DNA of 64,000 nt. Source: Leptospiraceae bacterium (GTDB lineage Bacteria; Spirochaetota; Leptospiria; Leptospirales; Leptonemataceae). The DNA lies in assembly GCA_040217195.1 (NCBI GenBank), contig JAVJNR010000003.1, forward strand, positions 192,001 through 256,000, written 5' to 3'. Below the pieces are notes generated by a model that had not been told where the DNA came from, did no database searches, and was given only the letters and a program-made list of their open reading frames with translations. Positions 10,727 through 20,659 of this stretch are shown here, one piece after another; position 1 is the stretch's first letter; every line of letters starts with the position of its first letter. The translations under genes and the position numbers were made by a program.

Positions 10727-12301
10727 TTACTCGAGCATCTCGGCGGCCAGATCTCCGAGAACATCCAGGTGCTTCAAGATTGGTTCTGTGGGGGGCAGGC
10801 CGCAGTTTATTCTCAGATAGTTACGGTAACCGGCTGAGGGAGAAAAGAGACTGCCTGGAGATACAGATATCCCTTCAGCCAAAGCCCGTTCCTGTAACTC
10901 CATGCTGTCTATTCCGGGGGGCAGCTCAAGCCAGAGCCAGAATCCACCTTCCGGGTTGGAAACTCGCAAATCCATAGTCCAATGATTCAATATTCGCTGC
11001 CTGAATGCATTCATGCGAATTCTGCTTTCTTTGCGAAGCGTTCGCAGGTGTCTATCAAACTGTCTTCGCCCCAGAAACAGAGAAAGTGTGGCCTCGGTTA
11101 GCTTTGAATTTCCCAGGCTAAGAGTACGAAGTCGTTCCAGAAGTGCATCATGAAAAGCCGATGGGCCTGCCAGCCAACCCAGCCGCATGGATGGGGCAAT
11201 ACTTTTGGCAAACGAAGAAACCAGAAAAACCCTGTCTCGATCCAGTGAAATAAGCGGAGGGCTCCTTCGAGCTCCATGATGAATTCCCCCATAGACATCG
11301 TCTTCGAGGACAAAAAAATCAAATTTATGGGCCAGACTAATTAGCTTATGTCTTCGCTCCTCGGACATCAAGGCACCGGTGGGATTGTGAAAGTTTGGTA
11401 CCGTAATCAGAAGCCTGGGCCGGGCACCTTTCTTCAATCTGTTTTCCAGTAGATCCACATCCAGTCCAGATTCTGGATCCACAGGTACTTCCAGGAATCG
11501 AAGCTTGAATTTTCGCACCTGATGCAAGAATCCGCTATAGCAGGGAGTTTCCAGGGCCACAAGATCGCCCGCAGAAACCAACTCACGAAGTACTATGTAG
11601 GCTGCTTCGGTGGCACTGCCGGTTAGAATCAGCTCCTGCCAGTTAAGCTCAACTCCAGCCTGACGGTACCGATATGAAATCTCCTTTCGCAACTCTGGAA
11701 GCCCCGGCGGAAAACTGTATGTATGGACACCTTCCGAGCGATACGCCTCTCCAAGGCATCGCTTCAGGGAACTCAGCGGTAGCATATCTTCCGATGGAAC
11801 AGCCAGACCAAAGGATGCACGGACAGACCGATTTCCCAGGTTCAGGGATCGGTCCAGGCCAGGATCCAGAGACAGACGTTGCAGTAGTCTACTTTCCTGA
11901 GGGCGAGGTGCCTCATCCGACTCTGCGGGCAAAGCATAGTATCCTCCTCCCGGTACGGATTGTATGCGACCAAGATCCAGTAATATGCGATACGCTTCCA
12001 CCACCGTTCCCTGGCTGAATCCGGATAGGCGAATAGACTGACGAATGGAGGGAAGTCTGGCTCCGGGCTTGAACTCACCGTTTTCCAGTGAATAGATCAT
12101 GCTACGTGCCAGTTGCATGGGCAGACTGTCTTCCTCTGTAACCTGAACAGAACCAGGGAGCTGCCCTGGGAGCGAAGTCATCGACCGGTCTGGCACGGTA
12201 GAAAGCTGCCTCATTCTTTGATTGGGGCCCGCTTTTCTTGTTCCTTGTATTGCCGCTTCTGAAGACACTTTCGTAGCTTTCTTTCCGGTTCTGGACTGCA
12301 T
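10727..12301 (-). CDS. MocR/GabR-type PLP-dependent GntR regulator (true start probably internal)
   Basis: GntR wHTH (PGARLPSIR..SQGTVVEAY) followed by class I aminotransferase domain (NPTG, EDDVY, SFAKSIAPSMRLGW). Confidence 0.9.
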   Translation of the reverse strand: MQSRTGKKATKVSSEAAIQGTRKAGPNQRMRQLSTVPDRSMTSLPGQLPGSVQVTEEDSLPMQLARSMIYSLENGEFKPGARLPSIRQSIRLSGFSQGTVVEAYRILLDLGRIQSVPGGGYYALPAESDEAPRPQESRLLQRLSLDPGLDRSLNLGNRSVRASFGLAVPSEDMLPLSSLKRCLGEAYRSEGVHTYSFPPGLPELRKEISYRYRQAGVELNWQELILTGSATEAAYIVLRELVSAGDLVALETPCYSGFLHQVRKFKLRFLEVPVDPESGLDVDLLENRLKKGARPRLLITVPNFHNPTGALMSEERRHKLISLAHKFDFFVLEDDVYGGIHHGARRSPPLISLDRDRVFLVSSFAKSIAPSMRLGWLAGPSAFHDALLERLRTLSLGNSKLTEATLSLFLGRRQFDRHLRTLRKESRIRMNAFRQRILNHWTMDLRVSNPEGGFWLWLELPPGIDSMELQERALAEGISVSPGSLFSPSAGYRNYLRINCGLPPTEPILKHLDVLGDLAAEMLE

Positions 12302-12302
12302 T

Positions 12303-12342
12303 CAACTGTTATACTGTTTTTTGCCGAATCTGCAACTGTTAT
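12303..12342. promoter_or_regulatory. Putative MocR operator (direct repeat)
   Basis: CAACTGTTAT at 12303-12312 and 12333-12342, in the gap between the divergent genes. Confidence 0.7.
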
Positions 12343-12356
12343 TTTTTTAGGGATGG

Positions 12357-13661
12357 ATGTATACTTCCACTATGAAACAGAGCAATTACCATCCAGTCCC
12401 TCCTATCAGACGATCTGTGGTACGAGATATTCTGGCTTTTCACAATCGACCGGATATGATTCCTTTCGCAGGCGGATTGCCAGATCCGACCACCCTGCCT
12501 GTGGCCGAGATGGCTCGAGCCGCTCAATATGTGCTTTCAAGGCAGGGAGCCGCAGCATTGCAATACGGCAAAAGCGAAGGGTTTGAACCTCTGCGAAGCT
12601 ACATCGCTGGATACCTCACCGGCCGCGGTTTCCCCAGCAACCCGGACCAGATTCTAATTACCAGCGGATCCCAGCAGGGCATGGATCTTATTTCTCGATG
12701 GTTACTCAGGCCAGGAGATTCCGTATTTACTACGGAACCCCTCTACAATGGGGCCTTGCAAAATTTCGATGCTCATCAGGCCAATATTCATCCTATTCTC
12801 TCAGACGATGAGGGCCCCTGCGAAGCAGCGTTACTGGCGGCCCTGCATCCGACCCGCCCTGCAATTGGAGGAGGATTCTTTTCTCTTTCGCGCAGAGTGA
12901 GCAATGATGGCGGACCGGGATTGCTTTATCTGCAGCCGACTCTGGCAAACCCCACAGGCTCTGTCATTTCGAACCATCGCCGCCAGATCATTGGCAAAGC
13001 TCTGCACCGGTTTCAGGGATGGATGCTGGAGGAAGATCCGTACGGAGAACTTCTGTTCGATTCAGAAAGACCTAATTTCATCTCAAGCTATCACCCGGCC
13101 AGAAGTGTTCTGCTGGGAAGCTTTTCTAAAATCGTTTCCCCTTCTTTGCGAATCGGCTGGGTTAGAGCCCCGGAAACGGCCATACAGAGCCTGCTGCCGC
13201 TCAAGCAGTCCATGGACTTGCATACCAATTTGTTTTCGCAGATGATGCTCCATAGGTTTCTGGAGGATGTGGATTTAACCAGGCATCTGGACTCCGTGCG
13301 AACCATTTATGCCCGGAAGCAACAGATTACCCTGGAGGCATTGCGACGCTACAATTTGCAGGGACGTTTCCAGGGAGAATTTTTGGCACCTGGAGGAGGC
13401 ATGTTTCTATGGCTAAGAACGGAAGTAGACTCGGATGCTCTGGCACGAGTTGCACTGGACAGAGGAGTTGCCGTTGTACCCGGATCAGCCTTCTTTTCCA
13501 ATCCGGAGGACGGAAAGAGCTTCATCCGATTGAACTACACTGCAGTGGATACACAGTCCATCGAACTGGGAGTTCAACGTCTGGCCCAGGCCTACAGGGA
13601 TCTGTCCCAGAAGCAGAATCAGCAGACAAAAAAGGGGCAACTCTCTGTAGCTTCCGTATGA
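12357..13661 (+). CDS. Class I PLP-dependent aminotransferase (LysN/Aro8-like)
   Basis: FAGGLP, ALQYG, ITSGSQQ, NPTG, EEDPY, SFSKIVSPSLRIGW. Confidence 0.9.
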   Translation: MYTSTMKQSNYHPVPPIRRSVVRDILAFHNRPDMIPFAGGLPDPTTLPVAEMARAAQYVLSRQGAAALQYGKSEGFEPLRSYIAGYLTGRGFPSNPDQILITSGSQQGMDLISRWLLRPGDSVFTTEPLYNGALQNFDAHQANIHPILSDDEGPCEAALLAALHPTRPAIGGGFFSLSRRVSNDGGPGLLYLQPTLANPTGSVISNHRRQIIGKALHRFQGWMLEEDPYGELLFDSERPNFISSYHPARSVLLGSFSKIVSPSLRIGWVRAPETAIQSLLPLKQSMDLHTNLFSQMMLHRFLEDVDLTRHLDSVRTIYARKQQITLEALRRYNLQGRFQGEFLAPGGGMFLWLRTEVDSDALARVALDRGVAVVPGSAFFSNPEDGKSFIRLNYTAVDTQSIELGVQRLAQAYRDLSQKQNQQTKKGQLSVASV

Positions 13662-13717
13662 CTTATGCCGAACTTTCGTTCATGCCAGACGGCTAATACG
13701 CTGGATTGAGAGATGAA

Positions 13718-14581
13718 ATGAAAGTTAAACAAATGATTCAACAGCATGAGGAGTCGGGAAGATATTTTGAAGTAGATGGAATACGCAGCTTTGCCCTGGA
13801 TCGCGGTGAGGGGGAAGCTGTGCTCTGCCTTCATGGTGTACCTGCATCGTCCTACTTATATAGAAAGGTAGTTCCGGCAATTGCTCACAATGGTATGCGC
13901 GGTATTGCAATTGATTTCCCCGGCCTGGGTCTGGCCGATCGACCGAAGGAATTCGATTATTCCTGGTCCGGATTGAGTACCTTTTGTGAAAAAGCAGCGG
14001 AGTCTCTGGAGCTCAAGAAATTTCATCTGGTAGTGCACGATATTGGAGGGCCCATCGGACTAATGCTGGCCGCCCGGGCTCCAGAAAAGATTCTCTCAGT
14101 TACGATTCTGAACACTCTGGTTGATGCAGATGAATTTCACAGACCATGGATGATGGCTCCTTTCGCATGGCCGATCGTAGATCGACTCTGGCTTGCATCC
14201 ATCAATCACTGGGTCCTTTACCTTCTATTTGTTTACACGGGCATCTACGAATTCTCAGACACCACGCGTCAGGAAATCTACGCCTATGTGGACTTACTGA
14301 AGCGTCAGGATCAAGGAAGGGCCTTTCTGAAGATCATGAAAGGCTTTGAATTAACGAAGGAAGTTCGAAATCAGTGCCATGCTGCAGTAAGCAACAAAGA
14401 TTACCCGGTGCAGCTACTCTGGGGAATGCAGGACCGGGCTCTGAAATTTAAGAAGTTTGGCCGAAGGATTATGGAAGTTGCTGACCTGGCCGCAGTAACC
14501 AAACTGAATGGAAAACACTTTTTACAGGAAGACAATGCCGGAGCTATTGCGGACAGGATTGCGCAGATTGCTGCAACTTAA
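13718..14581 (+). CDS. Alpha/beta hydrolase (haloalkane dehalogenase-like)
   Basis: HGVP, VHDIGG Asp nucleophile, C-terminal HFLQED. Confidence 0.85.
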   Translation: MKVKQMIQQHEESGRYFEVDGIRSFALDRGEGEAVLCLHGVPASSYLYRKVVPAIAHNGMRGIAIDFPGLGLADRPKEFDYSWSGLSTFCEKAAESLELKKFHLVVHDIGGPIGLMLAARAPEKILSVTILNTLVDADEFHRPWMMAPFAWPIVDRLWLASINHWVLYLLFVYTGIYEFSDTTRQEIYAYVDLLKRQDQGRAFLKIMKGFELTKEVRNQCHAAVSNKDYPVQLLWGMQDRALKFKKFGRRIMEVADLAAVTKLNGKHFLQEDNAGAIADRIAQIAAT

Positions 14582-14651
14582 CGCTTATGGACCGAACCTT
14601 GAACTTGAGAAATAACCTTTACTACATGCGCCAGAGGCTTCACTTTGATTC

Positions 14652-15452
14652 ATGTCATCAAAACATTTTGAATTTATCACGTATGAAGTGAAAGACCGAA
14701 TTTGCTACATTGGACTGAACCGCCCGAAAGCACGAAATGCAATGAACACAAAGATGCTGCGGGAATTCGCCCATGCACTTACAGCCTACGAGGATGAAGC
14801 AGAAGCCCGGTGTGCAGTGATTTTTGCCCATGGAAAAGCCTTCACTCTTGGATTGGAACTGGATGATGTAGCCCAAACCATGCGCAGCGGCAAAGGAATG
14901 CTTCCCGAAGGAGCAATAGATCCCTGGGAGGCCGGTAACGGGGCCAACCGGCTCCGCACCAAGCCCACCGTAGTTGCTGTTCATGGATTTTGCCTAACTC
15001 TTGGAATCGAATTCTTGCTCGCCAGCGATGTTCGCATTGCAGCTCCCTCCTCCCGATTTGGTCAGGTTGAAGTTCAGCGAGGGATCATGCCATTTGGAGG
15101 AGCCACCTTTCGTTTCGTTCAAACAGCCGGCTGGGGTAATGCCATGCGATATATGCTGACCGGCGATGATTTCAATGCCGAAGAAGCACTTCGCATTGGT
15201 CTCATTCAGGAAGTTGTAGAAAAAGACCGACTGATGGAACGAGCCACGGAACTGGCAACCCGTATTGCAGATCAAGCCCCGCTGGCAGTCCAGGCTACCA
15301 TCGCATCCTCTCGCAAAGCGCAACTGGAAGGAGTGGAAGCCTGCAAAAATGAATTATTACCGGTTACTTTACGATTGATGGACACTGAAGATGCAGCGGA
15401 AGGCGTCCAATCCTTTATAGAGAAACGAAAGGCAAACTATAAAGGGAAATAA
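14652..15452 (+). CDS. Enoyl-CoA hydratase/isomerase (crotonase) family
   Basis: LNRPKARNA, AFTLGLEL, EVQRGIMPFGG, EGVQSFIEKR. Confidence 0.9.
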   Translation: MSSKHFEFITYEVKDRICYIGLNRPKARNAMNTKMLREFAHALTAYEDEAEARCAVIFAHGKAFTLGLELDDVAQTMRSGKGMLPEGAIDPWEAGNGANRLRTKPTVVAVHGFCLTLGIEFLLASDVRIAAPSSRFGQVEVQRGIMPFGGATFRFVQTAGWGNAMRYMLTGDDFNAEEALRIGLIQEVVEKDRLMERATELATRIADQAPLAVQATIASSRKAQLEGVEACKNELLPVTLRLMDTEDAAEGVQSFIEKRKANYKGK

Positions 15453-15786
15453 TTCCGGAGCAGTTCCTGGCGGGCTATTCGCCATACGACAATAAATTGC
15501 TACCCGGCGAATAGGACTGCGTAAGATAGAGTCTGCCCGGCCCTGACTTTAATTCGAAGATCTCCACAGATTCTGACCAAAAGGTGGGATGGGCGCACCT
15601 CCTGATATTGAAAAGCCCCCCGCCAATAGTACCACATCTGGAATGGCTATCCAGAACTTTTCATCGAATCGGAAGGTTCGCCTAAAATCCAAGCAGCCGT
15701 GCAAAGGCGAACTTTGCCGAAGGCAACGCAGGTCGGAGGGGCGATGCTCTCCCCTCTCCCCGTGGACCAATTGTCAATCCAATCCC

Positions 15787-15876
15787 CGGGTTCGACTTAA
15801 AACACCATTGGGGGCAAAGGCGAACCCGACATTGTCATCTTTCTCTTGACATCATCTGGAAATCTGATACCCGCGG
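15787..15876. repeat. Dispersed conserved non-coding element, copy A
   Basis: GGTTCGACTTAAAACAC-N11-AAGGCGAACCCG-N7-CATCTTTCTCTTGACA-N11-TCTGATACCCGCGG; matches 59609-59690. Confidence 0.65.
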
Positions 15877-15923
15877 GCCCGCTTCCAACACAGGGAACTA
15901 GCTTCCATATTTTCAGAAATGAA

Positions 15924-16535
15924 CTACTGAGGCGATCCTCTGTAATAGTGCCATAGAAATATACTTCCGGCTGTGCGATAGGGAGCCCAGTGCTCCACTG
16001 CCTTGCGAGCCTGAGAAACAGACAGCGGTTTTCTTTTTCGCTTCAAGCGAGTGAGAGCATGACGCAAAGCCAGATCGTCGGCCGCAAAAACATCCTTTCG
16101 ATTCAACGAGAACATAAGAAATATCTCGGCTGACCATCGACCCAAACCTCTCTGGGCCTGTATCAATTCAATTATCTCTTTATCGGATAGATACTTCATT
16201 CGCTCAAAATCTAGTTCACCCTGAAGACAGGCTTCCGCAATTCCTTTCACATACTCCACCTTTCGCGTGGAAAGACCAGCGTTGCGTAATTCCTGGGAGT
16301 CCACGGACTGTACTGTTTCTGCCTCAATAGTCTGCAAAAGTGCTTGCGCTTTCTGAAAAACCGAAGTTGCCGCTTCTTTACTGATCTGCTGACTTATGAC
16401 TATTCGAAACAGAGCCTCAAACCCCTGCCGCATCGGTCTAGTCGCCGGATACCCGTATTCTTCCAGAGCCTGGGCAATATCTGAGTCAATTCTACCAAGT
16501 AGATTGATGTGCTTTCTCAACGTTGATCGCTGCAT
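15924..16535 (-). CDS. alkA: DNA-3-methyladenine glycosylase (AlkA/HhH-GPD family)
   Basis: ISQQIS, HhH RGLGRWSAE, DDLAL, WAPYRT. Confidence 0.85.
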   Translation of the reverse strand: MQRSTLRKHINLLGRIDSDIAQALEEYGYPATRPMRQGFEALFRIVISQQISKEAATSVFQKAQALLQTIEAETVQSVDSQELRNAGLSTRKVEYVKGIAEACLQGELDFERMKYLSDKEIIELIQAQRGLGRWSAEIFLMFSLNRKDVFAADDLALRHALTRLKRKRKPLSVSQARKAVEHWAPYRTAGSIFLWHYYRGSPQ

Positions 16536-16641
16536 GTTGCTTTGTTCGTAAAAAGGAATCAGTCTGAGTCGCTGGCTCTGGCCACATGGATGAGTTCCAG
16601 GTCCGGTGGCCTGTCCCCCCTCCCGCGATTATCTTTCCAGG

Positions 16642-17403
16642 TTATATTTGATCCTGGACTCCATCCAGGTGCTCATCGGGTAGGCTAAGTGTCATTGTAT
16701 CCGCTGCAGGAGCGGAGCATGAGATAAGACTTTGCAGAGTATTCGCGAATCGGATTCTGTCTGCTGTTTTCCAGAATTGTCGATTCAGCTCTATGAAGCC
16801 TTCAGCCGATACATCCAGCACCTGTTCAATCTCATAGGAAGCAAGGATATGGGCCGCCCATTCATCTACGATGCGATGGGAGGCATAAAAATAAGAAAAT
16901 CTTGAATGTACATATTCCCGGCGCCCTTCCGGAACATCGTTCCACAGTTCATGGATGAAGCTCCGATACTCCCTGTTCAGATAATACATTGCATGAGAAA
17001 TCTCATGCTTCAAAGTCAGTGCGCACTGGTAATTCCATTCCGACCCGGCGATTGTGGGCGATCTTAGCAAGGCAAAGTACAGATAAGGAAGACTGGATGC
17101 AGACTCACGGACCAACCAGGATTCGTATTCGTTTCGGTCCGACTCGGGATAGGTTGCAGAAAATTTTACAACATCGGCGCCACTGAAATTACTTCCGAAG
17201 AAGATTTCCTGATACTGCTGACTTTGCTCCGATTTCCAGTGATCCTGTACATCGCCAATACTGAACCGGTCTGATTGAAATACAGGATTCTCCAGGAAAT
17301 GAGAAATTCGAGCCGTGGCATATAGAAATTGTTTCGGTGGCAAAAGCATGATGCGAACCGTACCTTCACATAGCTCCCAGTCCTCGATATAGAGTGGTTT
17401 CAT
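16642..17403 (-). CDS. Hypothetical protein with HExxH zinc-metallopeptidase motif
   Basis: LKHEISHAMYY with a downstream DEWAAH. Confidence 0.6.
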   Translation of the reverse strand: MKPLYIEDWELCEGTVRIMLLPPKQFLYATARISHFLENPVFQSDRFSIGDVQDHWKSEQSQQYQEIFFGSNFSGADVVKFSATYPESDRNEYESWLVRESASSLPYLYFALLRSPTIAGSEWNYQCALTLKHEISHAMYYLNREYRSFIHELWNDVPEGRREYVHSRFSYFYASHRIVDEWAAHILASYEIEQVLDVSAEGFIELNRQFWKTADRIRFANTLQSLISCSAPAADTMTLSLPDEHLDGVQDQI

Positions 17404-17666
17404 GGCTGCTCATTAACTTTATCGAACCAGACTCTGAATATCAAGCCTAAATCTGCGGCAAAGCGACGCCCCGGATGCAAATTCGGCGCAAGGCAACATT
17501 GCTCCCATCCGCATTATTGCCGTTGAATTATTGAACATCTCACTTTGTGGCACAGTCCAGGCCCATTGCCCCATTCGCAGGATTCGCAGAATCATTCCAG
17601 TGACCAGCGATCTATTTTCTACCGCGGTTTCGTTGACCGGAAAAACCTTCAATTGGCAATAGACTC

Positions 17667-18323
17667 ATGCTAATGCAAATTGTGGCCTGGACGGCCTCTC
17701 TGTTCGTATTCCTCTCATTCTTTATGAAAACCATGGTCCCGCTTAGAATCATGGCTATCGTCAGTAATCTGACCTTTATCGCCTATGCATTGCTTGGAAT
17801 TCAAGAGGGCGTCTTTGACAAAGTGGCGGCCATTTTCGTTCTACACGTGGTGCTGTTACCCTTGAATATCACTCGTCTTTACCAGATGACATCTTTGATT
17901 AACAAGGTGCACCGGGCTTCCAACCATGAATCAGGAGTAGATTACTTAATTCCTCATATGTCAAAGAAAGAATATGAGAAGGGTCATGTACTCTTTCGCC
18001 AGGGCGATCCAGCAGATGGGATTTTTTTCATTCAAAAGGGCACCGTCCAGCTTCCGGAATTCGGCAAGACCATGGAGGCAGGGGCAGTATTCGGGGAAGT
18101 GGGAATTTTTTCTCCGGACAATGTGCGAGCCGGTACGGTAATCTGCGATGATGCCTGCACGGTTTACCAGATTTCGCGCGAAAAGGTATTGCAGCTTTAC
18201 TATCAGACTCCGGAATTTGCCTTCTATATGATGCGCTCGGTGGCCCAGATCGTTCAAGATAATACTGAAATATTAACAAGCATGGCCGGAAAGAAAGAAG
18301 CCGCTCAATTGAAGGCAGGCTGA
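17667..18323 (+). CDS. Membrane protein with cyclic-nucleotide-binding domain
   Basis: N-terminal TMs (MKTMVPLR..LPLN); LFRQGDPAD, FGEVGIF, R.GTV cNMP motifs. Confidence 0.85.
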   Translation: MLMQIVAWTASLFVFLSFFMKTMVPLRIMAIVSNLTFIAYALLGIQEGVFDKVAAIFVLHVVLLPLNITRLYQMTSLINKVHRASNHESGVDYLIPHMSKKEYEKGHVLFRQGDPADGIFFIQKGTVQLPEFGKTMEAGAVFGEVGIFSPDNVRAGTVICDDACTVYQISREKVLQLYYQTPEFAFYMMRSVAQIVQDNTEILTSMAGKKEAAQLKAG

Positions 18324-18447
18324 GTCATCCGCTGAGTCATCCATTGATGCCCTGGTTGCGCATGGCCCGGAAAAGATTCCGTGCCAGAACCAGCCCTCGG
18401 GAACCATTGTCACGGACTCTTCTTTTCGACCATTAATGAACGATTGA

Positions 18448-20286
18448 TCAGGCGGCCACTGCCTTCGGGCTTTCTACTTCCGTGGCTTCCCTTTCTTCCT
18501 TTCGCGCAAAGTTCCTGGTTCCGGCTTCCGCCGAAGTTCTGGCTCTCAGGAATTGCCCCAGCTTCTTTTTGCCAACTACAGGAGTGAATTGACCCATTTC
18601 GAATGCTATGGCACCTCCTACAACAACGAAGGGCACGGTGGCATCGTTTCTACGCACAAGACGTTCATGACCCTTGAATCGTTCCATGGGTTCTTCATGA
18701 ATCTCCTCCAGGGAAAAATCCAGATGTTCCGGATCAATCAATACCAGGTCTGCTCGGGCCCCTTCATATAAATGACCGGCTTCTATACCGTGCCAATCCG
18801 CCAGTTCTTTGGTTACTCGCCAGACAGCTTTCTCCAGAGACATGATAGGCTTACCCTCCTTGTGCGAATCCTGCACCAACTTTAGCAATCTGAGCGGGAA
18901 ATTATAATGAGCCATATTACGAAGATGAGCTCCGGCATCCGAGAATCCAATCAACACCTGACTCGAAGAAACGATTTTCTGAAGTGGCTTTAATCGATCA
19001 TTTCCCACCTTTGTATGCCAGCGGATGGCCTTATCATATTGATAGACCAGATCAAGAAAAGCATCCTCGGAGCTTTTGTTTTGTTCCTTTGCAACATCTG
19101 CAAATGTCTTTCCAATTAGAGAATCATCCGGGCACTCGACAATACGTGCAAGACCAAAGTTACGATGGAATACCCTGGGTGAGAATGGATTTCTCCATTG
19201 TCTCTTGAACCATTTCCTGTATTCTTTGCTGTCTAATAGTTTGCGCCGCTGTTCTACCTGATCTTCATAGTCAAGAGCCCTTGAGCCGGCTCCAAACTCT
19301 TCGAATACCACCAGATCAATGCCATCGGACCATACATCGAACAATTCAGGCAGTGCCTGGTAGCGAAACTTACCTCTGAAGAAATTGGCCATCCTGGAAA
19401 AGATGGGAAGCATGCGATAGATTGATCGATTGGATCGAATGTCCATTAGAGAAACAAGGGACACTCTAAGTTTTCGAAACATGGATAGGCCCAGATAAAC
19501 AAAGACCTCATATTTTGTTGAAATGTTTGGAATACACTGCAAAGAAGAGTCTTTCCTGGCAACCAGGCGAATGCAATGAAATAGCTCGGACCAGCTGGCA
19601 TAACTGGAAGGAAGCAATTGGCTGCGAAATCGATTACCTCCTACTTTATCCCAGAAGTTAGTATTTATGGAAAGCCCCAGATACCCCAGATCAATTCCCT
19701 CTTCGATCAATTGCAGGATCTGATTCATCTCATCGGTTGTGGGTTTTTGCTTTGTCAATGATCGCTCAAATCCCATTACGTGGCTTCTTACAGCGGAATA
19801 GCCGACGTAGGAAGCTACGTTTACACCCAGGGGCAACGTCTCAAAGTGATCTCTATATTGCTCCAGGGTTTCCCAGGTTTTCTTTTCTTTCATCAAAGGA
19901 AGTAAAGAATCATAGGGGATGGCCTCCACCCGGGTAAACATATCGGTCACATCTTCGGCGCTTCCAAGAGCTGCAGAAAGAGAACAGCTACCCATGAATA
20001 TGGTTGTAACTCCGTGTCGCAGAGACTCAGGTAGCTCCGGCATAACTTCTACTTCTGCATCGTAATGTGTATGAATATCAATAAATCCAGGAGTAATCCA
20101 TTTACCTGTAGCATCAATGATACGGGCCCCGGCAACGCCCTCTATAGGCTGGTCAGATATGCGACTTACCTTTCCATTTTCTATAAGCAAGTGCCGCAGG
20201 CGAGCTTTGCTCTGTGTTCCATCAAACAATAGTCCGTTATTAATTATCAGCGTTGGCTGGTCTGCACTTGAAATACTGGCGCTCAT
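18448..20286 (-). CDS. N-acyl-D-amino-acid deacylase family amidohydrolase
   Basis: PGFIDIHTHYD, SDAGAH, GARADLV. Confidence 0.9.
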   Translation of the reverse strand: MSASISSADQPTLIINNGLLFDGTQSKARLRHLLIENGKVSRISDQPIEGVAGARIIDATGKWITPGFIDIHTHYDAEVEVMPELPESLRHGVTTIFMGSCSLSAALGSAEDVTDMFTRVEAIPYDSLLPLMKEKKTWETLEQYRDHFETLPLGVNVASYVGYSAVRSHVMGFERSLTKQKPTTDEMNQILQLIEEGIDLGYLGLSINTNFWDKVGGNRFRSQLLPSSYASWSELFHCIRLVARKDSSLQCIPNISTKYEVFVYLGLSMFRKLRVSLVSLMDIRSNRSIYRMLPIFSRMANFFRGKFRYQALPELFDVWSDGIDLVVFEEFGAGSRALDYEDQVEQRRKLLDSKEYRKWFKRQWRNPFSPRVFHRNFGLARIVECPDDSLIGKTFADVAKEQNKSSEDAFLDLVYQYDKAIRWHTKVGNDRLKPLQKIVSSSQVLIGFSDAGAHLRNMAHYNFPLRLLKLVQDSHKEGKPIMSLEKAVWRVTKELADWHGIEAGHLYEGARADLVLIDPEHLDFSLEEIHEEPMERFKGHERLVRRNDATVPFVVVGGAIAFEMGQFTPVVGKKKLGQFLRARTSAEAGTRNFARKEEREATEVESPKAVAA

Positions 20287-20659
20287 AGTCCCCCCTTGCA
20301 ATCCATAGAAACTTCAATTCGAAAATCTATTCTATTTAATTCTTTTTGGATTTTCGATTTTTCGCGTTCACCTATGAACTAGATTGTCTTTTTGGATTCG
20401 CATTGCTAGTCACCGGACTGTGTCCCGGAACTTCACTCTATGATCTTTTATTTGCCCTATTGAATATTGACTCCAGAATCAATGTCAACGGGTTTTTTTG
20501 TAACTCACGATACGATCAACCCAGACCTGCCGTGGCCGCGTTATTTCCCAAAACCGGCAGAGAGCCAGGATTTCCGGTCTTTAGCCCGGAGCGCATCATA
20601 CCGGGCGCGAAAACTCGGTTATTGTGGACAGATATTAAGAATGGTTAAGTTTATGCCCT

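Noticed and set aside
15676..15825. 36-37-nt GTT...GAAC units as CRISPR repeats
   Set aside because: Only two divergent copies 77 nt apart, no regular spacers and no cas genes
15549..15849. Short ORFs 15549-15770(-) and 15589-15849(+)
   Set aside because: No motifs, atypical composition, and they overlap hairpin-rich DNA
15787..15876. Repeated element as 6S RNA, integron attC or dif site
   Set aside because: Lacks attC RYYYAAC/GTTRRRY ends and the XerD arm; no long 6S-like rod could be built by eye
18319..18342. 12-bp tandem duplication GCTGAGTCATCC x2 at a stop codon
   Set aside because: Isolated, with no associated element; probably slippage
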